64,000 bases of DNA from contig CAWCYI010000006.1 of assembly GCA_963799845.1 (NCBI GenBank), positions 32,001-96,000 on the forward strand, read 5' to 3'. Below the pieces are notes generated by a model. It had not been told where the DNA came from, did not search any database, and saw nothing but the letters and a program-made list of their open reading frames with translations. This document shows, piece by piece, positions 20,421 through 31,000 of the stretch. Within the stretch, counting starts at the first letter, position 1; the number at the start of each line of letters is the position of its first letter. The translations under genes were made by a program, and so were the position numbers. Origin of the DNA: an uncultured Nitrososphaerota archaeon (GTDB lineage Archaea; Thermoproteota; Nitrososphaeria; Nitrososphaerales; CADDZS01).

Positions 20421-20882
20421 TTGACGAAAATTGACGCTATCGATCTAAAGATTCTGGCGGAGCTTCAGAAAGATGCGAATATCAGCGTTCCAAAGCTCTC
20501 GAAGAAAATTAACGTGAATCCTTCTGTGGTTTACAGCAGGATCAAACGACTGACGAAACGGGAGCTGATAAAGAGGTTCACGATTGAAGTCAACGACGAA
20601 GTTCTCGGTTACAACGTCTCTGCGATAATTGGACTCAATATCGACTCCAAAGTTCGCGAACAAATTCTCGAAGAGATGCTCAGGATGGAGGGAATTCGAG
20701 ATGTTTACGAAGTTACCGGGCGGTTCGATTTGCTGGTCAGGGTAAAGGCAAAGTCGCTGGAAGACCTCCACTCTATGGTTTCCGCGAAGATGGGCAAAAT
20801 CAACGGGGTCAACCATACGGAAACGTTCATCGAAATGCGGCGTCGAGAGCCCGAATCGGCCTATCCATCCCAGATCTCATAG
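20421..20882 (+). CDS. Lrp/AsnC family transcriptional regulator
   Basis: IDAIDLKILAELQKDA HTH and VYEVTGRFDL RAM domain. Confidence 0.93.
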   Translation: MTKIDAIDLKILAELQKDANISVPKLSKKINVNPSVVYSRIKRLTKRELIKRFTIEVNDEVLGYNVSAIIGLNIDSKVREQILEEMLRMEGIRDVYEVTGRFDLLVRVKAKSLEDLHSMVSAKMGKINGVNHTETFIEMRRREPESAYPSQIS

Positions 20883-20931
20883 ATCAAAGTTTTAAGGTAG
20901 GAGTTAACTCATTGTCTAAAGGCCGAATAAC

Positions 20932-21249
20932 ATGGTAGAAAGAACTGAGATTATCAAACAGCTCGCTCAAGTCGTGGATCCGGAGGTCGGAGTTGCGATT
21001 ACCGAGATGGACCTGGTGGATGAGATTGGAATTGACGAAAAGACTGGCACCGTTACCGTCGGGTTCCACCTTACTGCACCCTTTTGTCCCCCAATGTTCG
21101 CCCTTGAGATAGCTCAGGACATCAAGAAAAGATTGCTTACGCTCGATGGCGTGAAGGAAGTCAAAGTCTCAATGACGGGACACTTCATGGCGGAGGAGAT
21201 CAACAGAAGAGTCAACTCTTCACCCTCCGTACCGGCTCCTCAGAGCTAA
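20932..21249 (+). CDS. DUF59/SufT (MIP18-like) Fe-S assembly factor
   Basis: VVDPEVGVAITEMDLV...LTAPFCP. Confidence 0.9.
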   Translation: MVERTEIIKQLAQVVDPEVGVAITEMDLVDEIGIDEKTGTVTVGFHLTAPFCPPMFALEIAQDIKKRLLTLDGVKEVKVSMTGHFMAEEINRRVNSSPSVPAPQS

Positions 21250-21257
21250 TCTGGCAT

Positions 21258-21671
21258 CTACGAACTGGCTGAAACTTCCTCGGCACCCATCTTCTCGCCG
21301 AGGTACTCGTAAACCGCAGATTTCATCACCTTTAGCGGCAGCAGGGCACATTTTATCCTCACTGCGCCAAGGTTAGGCGATCCGAGGTTGTCGAGTAGAA
21401 CCGTTTTGTCGATTTTGCGGACATCTTCGATTGACTTGCCCATGACTAGTTCCGTGAGCATGGAAGCCGAGGCCTGTGAGATGGCGCAACCATCGCCGTT
21501 GAATTTAATGTCGGAGACTTTGCCGTCGGAGAATTTCAACTGCATCTCGATGACGTCGCCGCAAAGAGGATTGGAGTCCCTTGATTTCGCGTCGGGAGAT
21601 TCAATCGTTCCCCTGTTTCTCGGATTCTTGTAATAGTCGAGTATGATTTCCTTGTAGATGTCTGAACTCAT
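21258..21671 (-). CDS. sufU: SufU/IscU-type scaffold or sulfur acceptor
   Basis: NPLCGD, GCAISQASAS, RIKCALL. Confidence 0.92.
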   Translation of the reverse strand: MSSDIYKEIILDYYKNPRNRGTIESPDAKSRDSNPLCGDVIEMQLKFSDGKVSDIKFNGDGCAISQASASMLTELVMGKSIEDVRKIDKTVLLDNLGSPNLGAVRIKCALLPLKVMKSAVYEYLGEKMGAEEVSASS

Positions 21672-22978
21672 TAGGACAAAACCTCTTCAACCTTTTTCAG
21701 GGCTTTAATCAAGGCCTCAATATCATCGTAACCGTTGTACAAGTAAAAGCTTGCTCTAGAAGTTGCCGGCACCCCGAGCTTCTCCATCATTATCTGGGCG
21801 CAGTGGTGTCCCGAACGGATTGCAACCCCCTCGGCGTCAAGAATTGAAGCCACATCATGCGCGTGGATCTTCCCCACGTTGAACGAAATAACGGCGCCTC
21901 TCTTCATCGCATTCATCGGACCGTAAATTTGAATCCCCTTTATCCGAGAAATTTCTTCAAGCGTTGCTTTCGTGATTTGCAACTCATGAGAGGCGACATT
22001 TTTCATTCCTAGTTCTTGCAAATAGTCAATTGCAGAACCGAAGCCGATGACGTCGGCGATGTTCGAAGTACCCGCCTCGAATTTCCACGGTAGTTCGTTC
22101 CACTTCGTCTCAGTTCTGTGAACTTCGCGAATCATGTCCCCGCCCAGAAGAAATGGTGGTATTTCTTCGAGCAACTGCTTCTTTCCGTATAGGCAGCCGA
22201 CCCCCGTCGGGCCCAGCATCTTGTGAGCGGAAAACGCAAAGAAATCGCAATCGAGATCCTGGACATCAATCGACATATGCGGAACGGACTGCGCGCCATC
22301 AACGACTGCAATGCTGCCCTGATCATGAGCCATCTTTGTCAGTTTCTTAGCATCGTTTATCGTCCCGAGAACGTTCGACATGTGCGTGAACGCAAAGATC
22401 TTCGCGCCGCGAAGTTTCGATTCGAGGTCTGATTCGTCAATCTCGCCATCGTCGGTAACATTTGCGATTTCAAGTTGAACTCCTTTATGCTTCGCCAGCT
22501 GCTGCCAGGGAACAAAGTTGCTGTGGTGCTCCATCTCGGTAACGACGATCTTGTCGCCCGGTTTTACATACCTGTCAAAAGTGCACTTCGCAACAAGATT
22601 CAGCGCTTCTGTAGCGTTCTTTGTAAAAATGATCTCTTCACGCGACTTCGCGTTTACAAACACTCTGACCTTGTCCCGGGAGGATTCGAATGCTTCTGTG
22701 GCTTCTTCCCCGAGGATGTGCACGGACCTGTGGATGTTCGCATTCATGTTGGTATAATATTCAGAAATAACGTCGATTACCTGCTGGGGTTTTTGAGTCG
22801 TGGCAGCGTTGTCGAGGTAAACGAGTCTCTTGCCGTGGACTCGCCGTTTCAAAATGGGAAAGTCGTTTCGAATCTTCACTAAATCGAGCTTGGGAGCCCC
22901 TTCAACCTCAAGCATATTTTTGACTTCTTTTTTCTTCGGTATTCTTATGGTCGAACGATCTATTTCTGCTTTTTTCAT
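21671..22978 (-). CDS. sufS: Group II cysteine desulfurase
   Basis: YLDNAATTQKP, SAHKMLGPTG, RSGHHCA. Confidence 0.96.
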   Translation of the reverse strand: MKKAEIDRSTIRIPKKKEVKNMLEVEGAPKLDLVKIRNDFPILKRRVHGKRLVYLDNAATTQKPQQVIDVISEYYTNMNANIHRSVHILGEEATEAFESSRDKVRVFVNAKSREEIIFTKNATEALNLVAKCTFDRYVKPGDKIVVTEMEHHSNFVPWQQLAKHKGVQLEIANVTDDGEIDESDLESKLRGAKIFAFTHMSNVLGTINDAKKLTKMAHDQGSIAVVDGAQSVPHMSIDVQDLDCDFFAFSAHKMLGPTGVGCLYGKKQLLEEIPPFLLGGDMIREVHRTETKWNELPWKFEAGTSNIADVIGFGSAIDYLQELGMKNVASHELQITKATLEEISRIKGIQIYGPMNAMKRGAVISFNVGKIHAHDVASILDAEGVAIRSGHHCAQIMMEKLGVPATSRASFYLYNGYDDIEALIKALKKVEEVLS

Positions 22979-22999
22979 TCGGAAATAGAATGCCGGATA

Positions 23000-24400
23000 C
23001 TAGCGGTACTTGTAGTGACCTTCGAAGATGTCTTTCTTCGCCTGCTGGTCTCTGTTTTCCTCTTCGAAGAGAACTTCCCTTTTCTTTCTCTTGATCAAAC
23101 CGGTTTGTCTGTACCATTTTGATTCCACGAGATCGCGCATCGTGTCCCGCAACTCTTCAGAGTTAATTCTTGAAATTGCAGGTTCCAGAAATCCCATGAC
23201 GATAAATTTCTTCGATTCATCCTCCGACAGCCCTCTGGACATCATGTAGAAGATCTGCTCTTCGTCTATCTGGGAGACGGAAGCGGAGTGAGTCGCCTTG
23301 ACGTCGTTCGTGAGAATCTCTAGACCGGGTATAGCATCCGATCGCGCATCAGGGCTGAGCAGAATTGCATGTCCCGCAAGATAGGCGCTCGAATTCTTTG
23401 CCAGTTTTCCTATCCTGATCATCCCCTTGAAGATGGATTCCGACTTGTCCATTAGCACGTTGTTGGAAAGGATTCGCCCTTTGGTGTGCTGTCCAATATG
23501 AGATAGATCAGAAACCAGATCGAATTTCTGAGAATTATTTCCCAGGACGACTTCGACATCCTCAGCCCCTGCGCCGTCTTTGAGAAAGATGCTTTCGGAC
23601 CTGGATCTGTGGAACTTACCACCAAAGTAGCCGAGCGTCCACCTGATCTGGGCGTCCTTCTCGCAGATAGCTTTGCTGTTGGTCAGAACTGTCGTCTGTT
23701 GTGAATAATCCTGAATGTTGGAGTAACTGACGATTGACGAGTCTTTCACGTAAGCCTCGACGAGCTCGCTCGCGAGGCTGGGGATTTCTGCTCCGTAACT
23801 TTCTGTGAGAAGCGACAACTCCGTGTTGGGCTCGGCATATACCCAGGTCTGATTGAAGTAGGGTTTCAGCGAATTGAGGTAGAACCTGATTCTCAGAGGT
23901 TCCTGAAGATGAACATTCTTGGGAATGTATAGCAGCCAGGCCCCTGAGAAAAGAGCAGAATTCAATGCACCGTACTTGTCGTCCGAAGGTTTAATCGCCT
24001 TGTCGGAGAATATTTTTTTCAGAATCTCCTCGTGCTTTTCTAGCGCTTCGTGATAGTCGCAGAATATCACTCCCTTGGACTGGAGGTCCTTAACGTTCTT
24101 CGATGCGATCGTTTCCGTCTGGGTACTGACGTAATACTGTCCGGACTCCATTCCAGAAGCGATCTCGGTGATAGGTGCGGAGCTCGGATCCGCAACTGCT
24201 TGTCCTGAAACCGCGCTGTTGGCGAAATTTACGTTGAGATTTAGCGCGTACTTTGTGTAGAGATTTGATTTTTCTTCAGGAAGAACCTTGAACTGCCTCA
24301 GAGATTCTAGACGAAATTCCCTGAGCCACGATGGTTCGTTGAGAGAGCTTGAAAGTTTCTCGACAAACTCTTCCTCGAAACTCTGAACTTCTTGTTCCAC
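23000..24400 (-). CDS. sufD: SufD
   Basis: SufB paralogue ending PGLEILTNDVKATHSASV...FYMMSRG. Confidence 0.93.
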   Translation of the reverse strand: MEQEVQSFEEEFVEKLSSSLNEPSWLREFRLESLRQFKVLPEEKSNLYTKYALNLNVNFANSAVSGQAVADPSSAPITEIASGMESGQYYVSTQTETIASKNVKDLQSKGVIFCDYHEALEKHEEILKKIFSDKAIKPSDDKYGALNSALFSGAWLLYIPKNVHLQEPLRIRFYLNSLKPYFNQTWVYAEPNTELSLLTESYGAEIPSLASELVEAYVKDSSIVSYSNIQDYSQQTTVLTNSKAICEKDAQIRWTLGYFGGKFHRSRSESIFLKDGAGAEDVEVVLGNNSQKFDLVSDLSHIGQHTKGRILSNNVLMDKSESIFKGMIRIGKLAKNSSAYLAGHAILLSPDARSDAIPGLEILTNDVKATHSASVSQIDEEQIFYMMSRGLSEDESKKFIVMGFLEPAISRINSEELRDTMRDLVESKWYRQTGLIKRKKREVLFEEENRDQQAKKDIFEGHYKYR

Positions 24401-24466
24401 CTAATCAAGCGCCTCACGAAAAAAAATCGGACCCACCTATTGGATGGGCTGATTTGTATCTCAGAT

Positions 24467-25864
24467 CTAGCCGACAGATCCAATCATTTCTAACTGGATG
24501 AGTCTGTTTAACTCTACGGCGTATTCCATCGGAAGTTCTTTGGTGAATGGTTCGAGAAAGCCCATGACTATCATGCTCAGCGCATCGGACTCGTTCAGTC
24601 CTCGGCTCATGAGGTAGAACATTGCTTCCTCGCTGATCTTCCCGACGGTTGCTTCGTGGGTCGTATTCGCAGATTGCTCCTCGATCTCGTTGTATGGATA
24701 GGTATCGGTCCTGGACTTCTCATCGAGCAACAGCGCGTCACACCTGACGCTTGACTTTACTCCCGGCAATCCCTTGTCCACGTGGAGCATCCCCCGGTAG
24801 GTGGTCTGACCGCCGTCCTTGCTGACAGACTTGCTCGTGATCCTCGACGTCGTGTAGGGAGCGCGGTGGTAAATCTTTGCTCCGGCATCCTGGTGCTGAC
24901 CCGCTCCAGAAAACGCAATCGACAAGACCTCGCCCTTTGCTCTCGGTCCGACGAGGTAGATGGACGGATACTTCATCGTCAACCGACTGCCCAGGTTTCC
25001 GTCGACCCATTCGACGGTCGCGTCCTCGTACGCATACGCCCTCTTGGTGACGAGGTTGTAAACGTCCTTCGACCAGTTCTGGATTGTGGTATACCTCACC
25101 TTTGCACCCTTTTTCGCGATAATCTCGACGACGGCCGAGTGCAACGACTCAGATGAGTAGATTGGCGCGGTGCATCCTTCGATATAGTGGACCTCTGATC
25201 CGGGCTCTGCAATGATCAGAGTCCTTTCAAACTGTCCAATGTTTTTGCCGTTGATTCTAAAGTATGCCTGTAAAGGAACGTCTACTTTCACGCCAGCCGG
25301 AATGTGGACGAAACTGCCACCGCTCCAGACTGCAGTGTTCAGTGCTGCAAATTTGTTGTCGTTTGGCGGAATGATCGTTCCAAAATATCGCTTCATGACA
25401 TCCGGATATTCTTTCAGGGCAGAGTCCGTGTCAAGGAATATGACGCCCTTTTTCCCAAGGTCTTCCCTCAGAGAGTGGTAGACAACTTCAGACTCGTACT
25501 GCGCTCCGACTCCCCCGAGGAACTTGCGCTCGGCTTCGGGAATGCCCAGCTTGTCGAAGGTCTTCCTGATGTTTTCCGGGACATCCTTCCAGTCGGTCCC
25601 CATCTTTTCAGTCGGTTTCGAGTAGTAGAAAATGTTGTCAAAGTCGATCTTCGAAAGATCGCCGCCCCAACTAGGCATTGGACGATCCATGAAATAATCG
25701 TAAGCTTTCAGGCGGATGTTCTTCATCCACTCTGGCTCGTTCTTCATCTTCGAGATTTCTTCGACGGTTGCTCGCGTCAGACCTCTCTTGGACTTGAATA
25801 CCAGATCCTCGGGATCCCTGAAGTCGTACTTGCTGTAATCTTCATTGAAAACTTGCGTAGTCAT
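24467..25864 (-). CDS. sufB: SufB
   Basis: [30 protein letters not shown]. Confidence 0.97.
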   Translation of the reverse strand: MTTQVFNEDYSKYDFRDPEDLVFKSKRGLTRATVEEISKMKNEPEWMKNIRLKAYDYFMDRPMPSWGGDLSKIDFDNIFYYSKPTEKMGTDWKDVPENIRKTFDKLGIPEAERKFLGGVGAQYESEVVYHSLREDLGKKGVIFLDTDSALKEYPDVMKRYFGTIIPPNDNKFAALNTAVWSGGSFVHIPAGVKVDVPLQAYFRINGKNIGQFERTLIIAEPGSEVHYIEGCTAPIYSSESLHSAVVEIIAKKGAKVRYTTIQNWSKDVYNLVTKRAYAYEDATVEWVDGNLGSRLTMKYPSIYLVGPRAKGEVLSIAFSGAGQHQDAGAKIYHRAPYTTSRITSKSVSKDGGQTTYRGMLHVDKGLPGVKSSVRCDALLLDEKSRTDTYPYNEIEEQSANTTHEATVGKISEEAMFYLMSRGLNESDALSMIVMGFLEPFTKELPMEYAVELNRLIQLEMIGSVG

Positions 25865-25877
25865 ACCCGATCGGATA

Positions 25878-25893
25878 TATGACGTATGTTATA
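25878..25893. promoter_or_regulatory. Operator-like site upstream of sufB (TATGACGTATGTTATA)
   Basis: Identical 16-mer at 35211-35226 upstream of sufC. Dyad ATRAC-N4-GTYAT, next to a TATA-like TTATTA on the minus strand. Confidence 0.75.
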
Positions 25894-25915
25894 TCTAATA
25901 AGCCTTGTGACGCGA

Positions 25916-26459
25916 GGTTCTGTAACGTCTTAGGTGGGCAGGTAAGGAGAGTGAGCTGAAAAATATGTTGCAAACTACGCCCTTTCTTTTATTTGACGGC
26001 AACTGTGCTGAAGCAATGACATTTTACCACGAATGTCTTGGCGGAGAATTAACCCTGACAAAACTTGGAGACACTCCCATGAAAGATCAATTCCCAAAAG
26101 AAAAGCATGAGAGAATGATTAACGCTCATCTCAAAAGTGGAGCAATTGAAATTTCTGCAACAGATTGGATGGCATCTCCCGCATTTCTGCCTAAGCAGGG
26201 CAACACTTATGCGATCTTTGTTGTTGGCGGAGCGTATGACGAGCTGAAAGCAGTGTTTGATAAGCTGGCAGTAGGAGCAGAAAAGGAAAGGTTTCAAGAA
26301 TTGCATGATTTGCCATTTGGAACGTATGGACAGTTTTATGACAAATATGGTGTTCAGTGGATTTTCAAGGGAGATAAACGACAGTCCTGATCATTAATTA
26401 TCTGCCGATTTGTTACAAGGAGAAGTTTATGCTTGATCAGCCGTGAACGTTACAGAACC
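25916..26459. mobile_element. 544-bp non-autonomous cassette with perfect 13-bp inverted ends and 8-bp flanking duplication, carrying a VOC gene
   Basis: TGACGCGA-[GGTTCTGTAACGT...ACGTTACAGAACC]-TGACGCGA, followed at once by GGTTCTGTATAAT (26468-26480). GGTTCTGT ends and 8-bp duplications resemble the IS6 family. Confidence 0.8.
25965..26390 (+). CDS. VOC/glyoxalase family, PhnB-like protein
   Basis: TPFLLFDGNCAEAMTFYHECLGG...PFGTYGQFYDKYGVQW. Confidence 0.92.
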   Translation: MLQTTPFLLFDGNCAEAMTFYHECLGGELTLTKLGDTPMKDQFPKEKHERMINAHLKSGAIEISATDWMASPAFLPKQGNTYAIFVVGGAYDELKAVFDKLAVGAEKERFQELHDLPFGTYGQFYDKYGVQWIFKGDKRQS

Positions 26460-26534
26460 TGACGCGAGGTTCTGTATAATCTTCGCGGGGTCGAGGTCAA
26501 TTTTGAAGGTGTGTAAAGTCGATGGGTCTTCCCT

Positions 26535-26933
26535 TTAGCAGGTAATGAAAATGCTCTCTTCGCCAGATAAAGAAGTTCCACTCACTGACCATACGAAAAC
26601 ATTGACGCTGTAGTTTCCATACGCCAAGGTTATGACCAGATATGAAGTTACATTTTGTTCTTGTGCCGCGATAATTGTCGAAGTTGAAACTTCAAGCGTC
26701 TGTCCAATCGAATTATGGAATACACCAATCACAATTCCAGCGATTGAAACATTTTCCGTGTATCTAAGCGGTACTGTCATCGTCTTGTATTCACCGAGTG
26801 CCGAGCTGTAAGGTGTTGTTTGAGTAAACATGAATGGGCTGATGTAAGGCTGATCGGAGTTCTCGAAAAGCTGGATACCCATTCCAGAAATTAGTAATAT
26901 CACGAAAATTCTGGCTAAATTTGATAATATCAT
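26535..26933 (-). CDS. Secreted or membrane-anchored beta-rich protein
   Basis: N-terminal hydrophobic stretch and Ig-like C-terminus (GNYSVNVFVWS). Confidence 0.6.
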   Translation of the reverse strand: MILSNLARIFVILLISGMGIQLFENSDQPYISPFMFTQTTPYSSALGEYKTMTVPLRYTENVSIAGIVIGVFHNSIGQTLEVSTSTIIAAQEQNVTSYLVITLAYGNYSVNVFVWSVSGTSLSGEESIFITC

Positions 26934-26991
26934 ATACTCGGCTCTATGATTAACATTGGCCTTTCTCCTTAGCGGTCAGGGATCGGAACCC

Positions 26992-27278
26992 TTAGTCTCC
27001 TAGTAGAATTTCCCAAGGTTCGATCTTAATAGTTTTCAAAACGTCAATTGGAGTCCACGGATCGTCAGCTAACCATGTCTCGAGGGTCTTTTGGTTTTCT
27101 GTATTGAAAATTAGTAAGATCCTTTTGCCGTCGCCAATTGGGCCTCCTAGAATTACAAAACCTTTGCCCAAAGAGTTCCCATGTAATCAGAGTGTTGAGT
27201 AAATTGCTTCTGCTCGTTCATTGGTAGTGACTCATTCCACGCCGAACCATGTTCCCTTGTAACTGCGAAGTACTTCAT
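26992..27278 (-). pseudogene. YciI-family protein with a 1-nt deletion near 27170
   Basis: Manual translation MKYFAVTREHGSAWNESLPMNEQKQFTQHSDYMGTL / GKGFVILGGPIGDGKRILLIF...LADDPW...IEPWEILLGD*. Missed by the ORF track. Confidence 0.8.
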
Positions 27279-27413
27279 GTTGGAATTTCTTACACCTCAT
27301 GGAGCCACAAAAGCTCTTTCGCCAAACTATCCTTTCAGGGATCAGAACCGTTCAGGCATGAAGTACTATCCGGTCGGGAGTAAAAGCCGGTCAGGGATGA
27401 AATGCGATTAACA

Positions 27414-27611
27414 TCATTTTGGTCGAAAGTATGCTCTAATTTGATCGGTTAGATGTGAGGAGGACTTTGAGCGTTGAAAGATTGCGGCCATGATCACGCC
27501 TTGTTCGGAGAGGTACATCAACAAATTTTTCGAGTTCTTTCTTATCAAGACGACCGACACACTTGCTTCGGTGACTTCACCAACGGGTAGGGGTTCCAGT
27601 TTCACTATCAA
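27414..27611 (-). CDS. Possible small hypothetical protein
   Basis: 65-aa ORF only, with no recognisable motif. Confidence 0.25.
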   Translation of the reverse strand: MIVKLEPLPVGEVTEASVSVVLIRKNSKNLLMYLSEQGVIMAAIFQRSKSSSHLTDQIRAYFRPK

Positions 27612-27820
27612 ATACGTTGCTTCAAATTAAGTGGGTCTAGGGTCGCTTTTTCCAATTCAAGCAGTATTCAATACCCAATCGAATTGGAAGAGAAGAACAT
27701 CGTGACCTAGATATTTGACTCTTGGTCAATAGCTCTTGCCAAGATTATTGAGTGAGAAAAAAAGAAGAAAAGATGGATGGAGTCGAGGCCATTCACCCAA
27801 CTCCGATTAAGTTCTGTTAC

Positions 27821-29182
27821 CTAGGCTCCAGAGGTGCTTGTTTCTGACGATGTTGCAGTTGTCGTCGTTGCATCGCTTGAAGTCGTAGTTGATGTCACGG
27901 TAGTGGTCGTCTGACTAGTGGTTGTTGTAGAGCTCGTTTCACTGATCGAAGTCGATGTTGCCGTGTTAGTCGCAGAGGTTGTGGAGATTACTTCGCCGCT
28001 TGTACTCGAGATAGTCAACGATCCACCAGCTGTTAGTGCAGTCTGCGCGTCCCTTCCGCTACCGAGAACTGTGACGATGTATTTCTGTCCCGAAAGTATT
28101 CCCTGAATCGGTGTCTGTCCTTGGTATAGCCGGAAAGCTCCCATGGTAATTTGCCCGTTGTACGTGAATGTTTCGCTAGATCCTGGTGCCAATGTGAATC
28201 CAGAGAGTGCCAGTGTCTGGTAAGCTCCTTGCTTGCTCGAAGCTGACAGCGCAAGGAGGCTTCCGTTCGACGCCGCAATGAAGAACTCTGAATTCCTCGA
28301 GATCGGCCCGATTGCGGAACTAGGTACCCAACCGCCGCTCTTAGTAGAGGTCGAAGTTAGAGCGATCATTCGGAAGACGATTGTCGCGTTTCCGGTGTTT
28401 TGTACCGTTACACTCAGAGAGCCCTGGTTCAAGCTGGCCGAAGTGATCTCGAATTTTGTCGTGTACCATGTTGCAACCGCTATGTTGCTCTTGAGGTCGT
28501 TTCTATCGCCTACGCGCGGATGATTTGCTATTGAGTTTGCTGCAAGAGTGTATCCGTTGGCTGCTGGGATGAAGGCAAATGTTGGGTCAGTAGTGTTTCC
28601 CAATAGAAGGACTGTTGGAGTCATGTCAATCATAGCTCCGGTCGTCTGTCCGTCTGAGACAATTATTCCTCCTGGGATCCAAACGTAGAGGGTGTGATCT
28701 TGGTAGACGAGATCTGCAGTGTAGTTAGTTCCCTGGAAAGTGACAACAGCTGAGGTCACGTTGAATCTCAGTCCGTTGAAATTCCCGGAAGATATGTTTG
28801 CAGAGGCGATCGTCTGGCTCTCATTGACTATGCTCATGAGGTCAATTTCGCCTGATGTTTGGAGATCTGTCCAACCAGTCTGATTTCCTGCTTGGCTGAA
28901 GTGGACTTCCATGCTGCTGTAGTTGATGTAGACTGCTGTTACGCCATCCGGCACTGTTGGTGGGTCCGTCATCAGGACCGCAAGAGTCCCAGATCCGCTT
29001 TGATTTGGCGTGTTTGTGCTTTGACTTGACGGGCTCGCGCTGGAACTGCTGGTACTTATCGTCGTACCAGAAGATGAACTCCCATTCACCAGTCCCGGCG
29101 TGAATACTGCTGCACCTATCAGCGCCACAGCGATTACCGCTGCTAAGACGCCAGATACAAGTACTTTGTTTTTCATATTCAT
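27821..29182 (-). CDS. Secreted DUF4382-like protein with Ser/Thr-rich linkers
   Basis: Signal or anchor helix, LAVLMTDPP...VYINYSSMEVH, many NxS/T sequons, Thr-rich tail. Confidence 0.8.
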   Translation of the reverse strand: MNMKNKVLVSGVLAAVIAVALIGAAVFTPGLVNGSSSSGTTISTSSSSASPSSQSTNTPNQSGSGTLAVLMTDPPTVPDGVTAVYINYSSMEVHFSQAGNQTGWTDLQTSGEIDLMSIVNESQTIASANISSGNFNGLRFNVTSAVVTFQGTNYTADLVYQDHTLYVWIPGGIIVSDGQTTGAMIDMTPTVLLLGNTTDPTFAFIPAANGYTLAANSIANHPRVGDRNDLKSNIAVATWYTTKFEITSASLNQGSLSVTVQNTGNATIVFRMIALTSTSTKSGGWVPSSAIGPISRNSEFFIAASNGSLLALSASSKQGAYQTLALSGFTLAPGSSETFTYNGQITMGAFRLYQGQTPIQGILSGQKYIVTVLGSGRDAQTALTAGGSLTISSTSGEVISTTSATNTATSTSISETSSTTTTSQTTTTVTSTTTSSDATTTTATSSETSTSGA

Positions 29183-29761
29183 GTTACTGCGTTCACTTGA
29201 CCCCCATGATTTCCGATGATGATATTAGAAACAGCGTTCTTGAACAGCACGTTTAGGCAAATGACTAGCATGTTCAAATTGTTGAACAGAAAATTCGTTA
29301 GCGATCCCTATCATACAGCTTTTGGATCAAAAAACGACCTGGGAACGCCATCAGTACGGGGGAACCATGTCGATAGATTATTGATTCGAATACTCGAGCT
29401 ATATCGGACTACGATGTATGCCCTAATCTGTATCTGAGCCCTCGAATCCGAAATCATCTGTATCAAAAACCACGAATAATGTTCAATTCGTGATCACCGC
29501 CGAGTCTACTTTTTTCAAAATCCAGGCCCGCGCCTAAATGAAAAGCAGAATTGTCCGCAAGGTGTTTTAGAGCGGTTTGGGACAGACGAATTTCCTCATC
29601 AATACGGTACATCTATGACACGGAATATTCTTACTCGGAGCGTTATTTGATATCCTGTTTTTCGAATTGAGTTTATCCCTGACTAGTACTGCTCTATAGC
29701 AGGGAAGGAAGCAAAAAGAAAAATTTTAACAAAAAAGAAGGGAGGGGAACTAAAAATGTCC

Positions 29762-31000
29762 CTAAGTTACGGTGAAGGAAGTTGTCCCGATTCCGGTAGT
29801 ATAACCTGACGCCGAGGCCGTTATCTGAACGTGATATGTTCCAGCAACTCTTGGAATAACGTAGCTGAAGACGGCTTCGCCATTTGAGCCAGTGTTGACA
29901 TGTCCTGTAGCTTGTTGTCCGTTGGGCAGAGTTACGACTGCTGTGACCGATGCTGCAACTCCACTACCGTCGTAAGATACAGTTACGGATATCAGAGCTT
30001 CTTCACTAGGTCTGTAGGTCTGTTGGTTTGTCGAGACCGTAACGACCAACTGATGAGTGGAGGTTGAGGTAGTCGTACTGGTTATGGTTGTCGTACTTGT
30101 AGCGGTCGTAGTAGTCGAGGGGCTTGTTGTGGTCGAAGAGTGAGTAGTCGTGGTGGTGGATGTCCCTGATTCATAGGTATTTGTGAACGAGGTGCCATCA
30201 CCAGTGAGAGCTGAAGTAAGAGAAATTACATTGTTGTTTGAATTGACCATGTTGATCTGGTTCACGGCCGCCCCAAATTTAGAGATGACGCCACTTGCAC
30301 CGTCTACGGTTGCATAACCCGAACTAGATGAGCTGTGTGTATAATCCTGCCCAAGGTATGCTACCCCAAAGTTAGCGAGAGGTAGGACGCCACCGGAGGA
30401 TGAGGGAGCTTCCACGATCCATTCAGCAGAGCTGTCTGACGCCGAAGGAAGGTTCGCGCCTGTTGAGGATGATGCACCTGTATTCTCGTTAGTAAGAGTC
30501 GTTGTGTAGGTATTTCCCGATTTAGAGACTTGTGCGTAGAAGACTTGACCTGGCGTTACCGTGACAGATCCTATCTCATACATTGGATTGGGATAGAATT
30601 CGTACCAAGCATAATAGTACGCACTGCCGCCGCTGCAGTACGCGAGCGTTCCGGTCTGTTCAACTGTGTCGGAAGAGTAGCCATCGATACCGACCCATGT
30701 TGCGACATAGGCAGTTTGTGATGAACAGGTAACGGCTGGCTGAATCCACGTGCCGACGACATCAGAGACATCTGAACCGACAACAGCATAGCCGGCCCAG
30801 TTCGTGCTTTCGACCGTATTACGGATTCCGAGCGGAGTTTCACTGGAAGTGCTATGAGTACGAATGATCGGATGGCTGTGAGCCTTGGTCGACTGCGCAA
30901 ATGATGGGAATGAGAGATTTAACAAAAGGATAGCCAGAATAAAACACATTATTAATGCTGGAAAAAGGATACGTTTTCGTTTAGGCGGGATGTACATCAA
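29762..31000 (-). CDS. Secreted G1 (eqolisin-type) glutamic endopeptidase with Thr linker and C-terminal Ig-like domain
   Basis: STNWAGY, WVGIDG, VEQTGT (catalytic Q), YAWYE, SAEWIVE (catalytic E). Confidence 0.92.
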   Translation of the reverse strand: MMYIPPKRKRILFPALIMCFILAILLLNLSFPSFAQSTKAHSHPIIRTHSTSSETPLGIRNTVESTNWAGYAVVGSDVSDVVGTWIQPAVTCSSQTAYVATWVGIDGYSSDTVEQTGTLAYCSGGSAYYYAWYEFYPNPMYEIGSVTVTPGQVFYAQVSKSGNTYTTTLTNENTGASSSTGANLPSASDSSAEWIVEAPSSSGGVLPLANFGVAYLGQDYTHSSSSSGYATVDGASGVISKFGAAVNQINMVNSNNNVISLTSALTGDGTSFTNTYESGTSTTTTTHSSTTTSPSTTTTATSTTTITSTTTSTSTHQLVVTVSTNQQTYRPSEEALISVTVSYDGSGVAASVTAVVTLPNGQQATGHVNTGSNGEAVFSYVIPRVAGTYHVQITASASGYTTGIGTTSFTVT

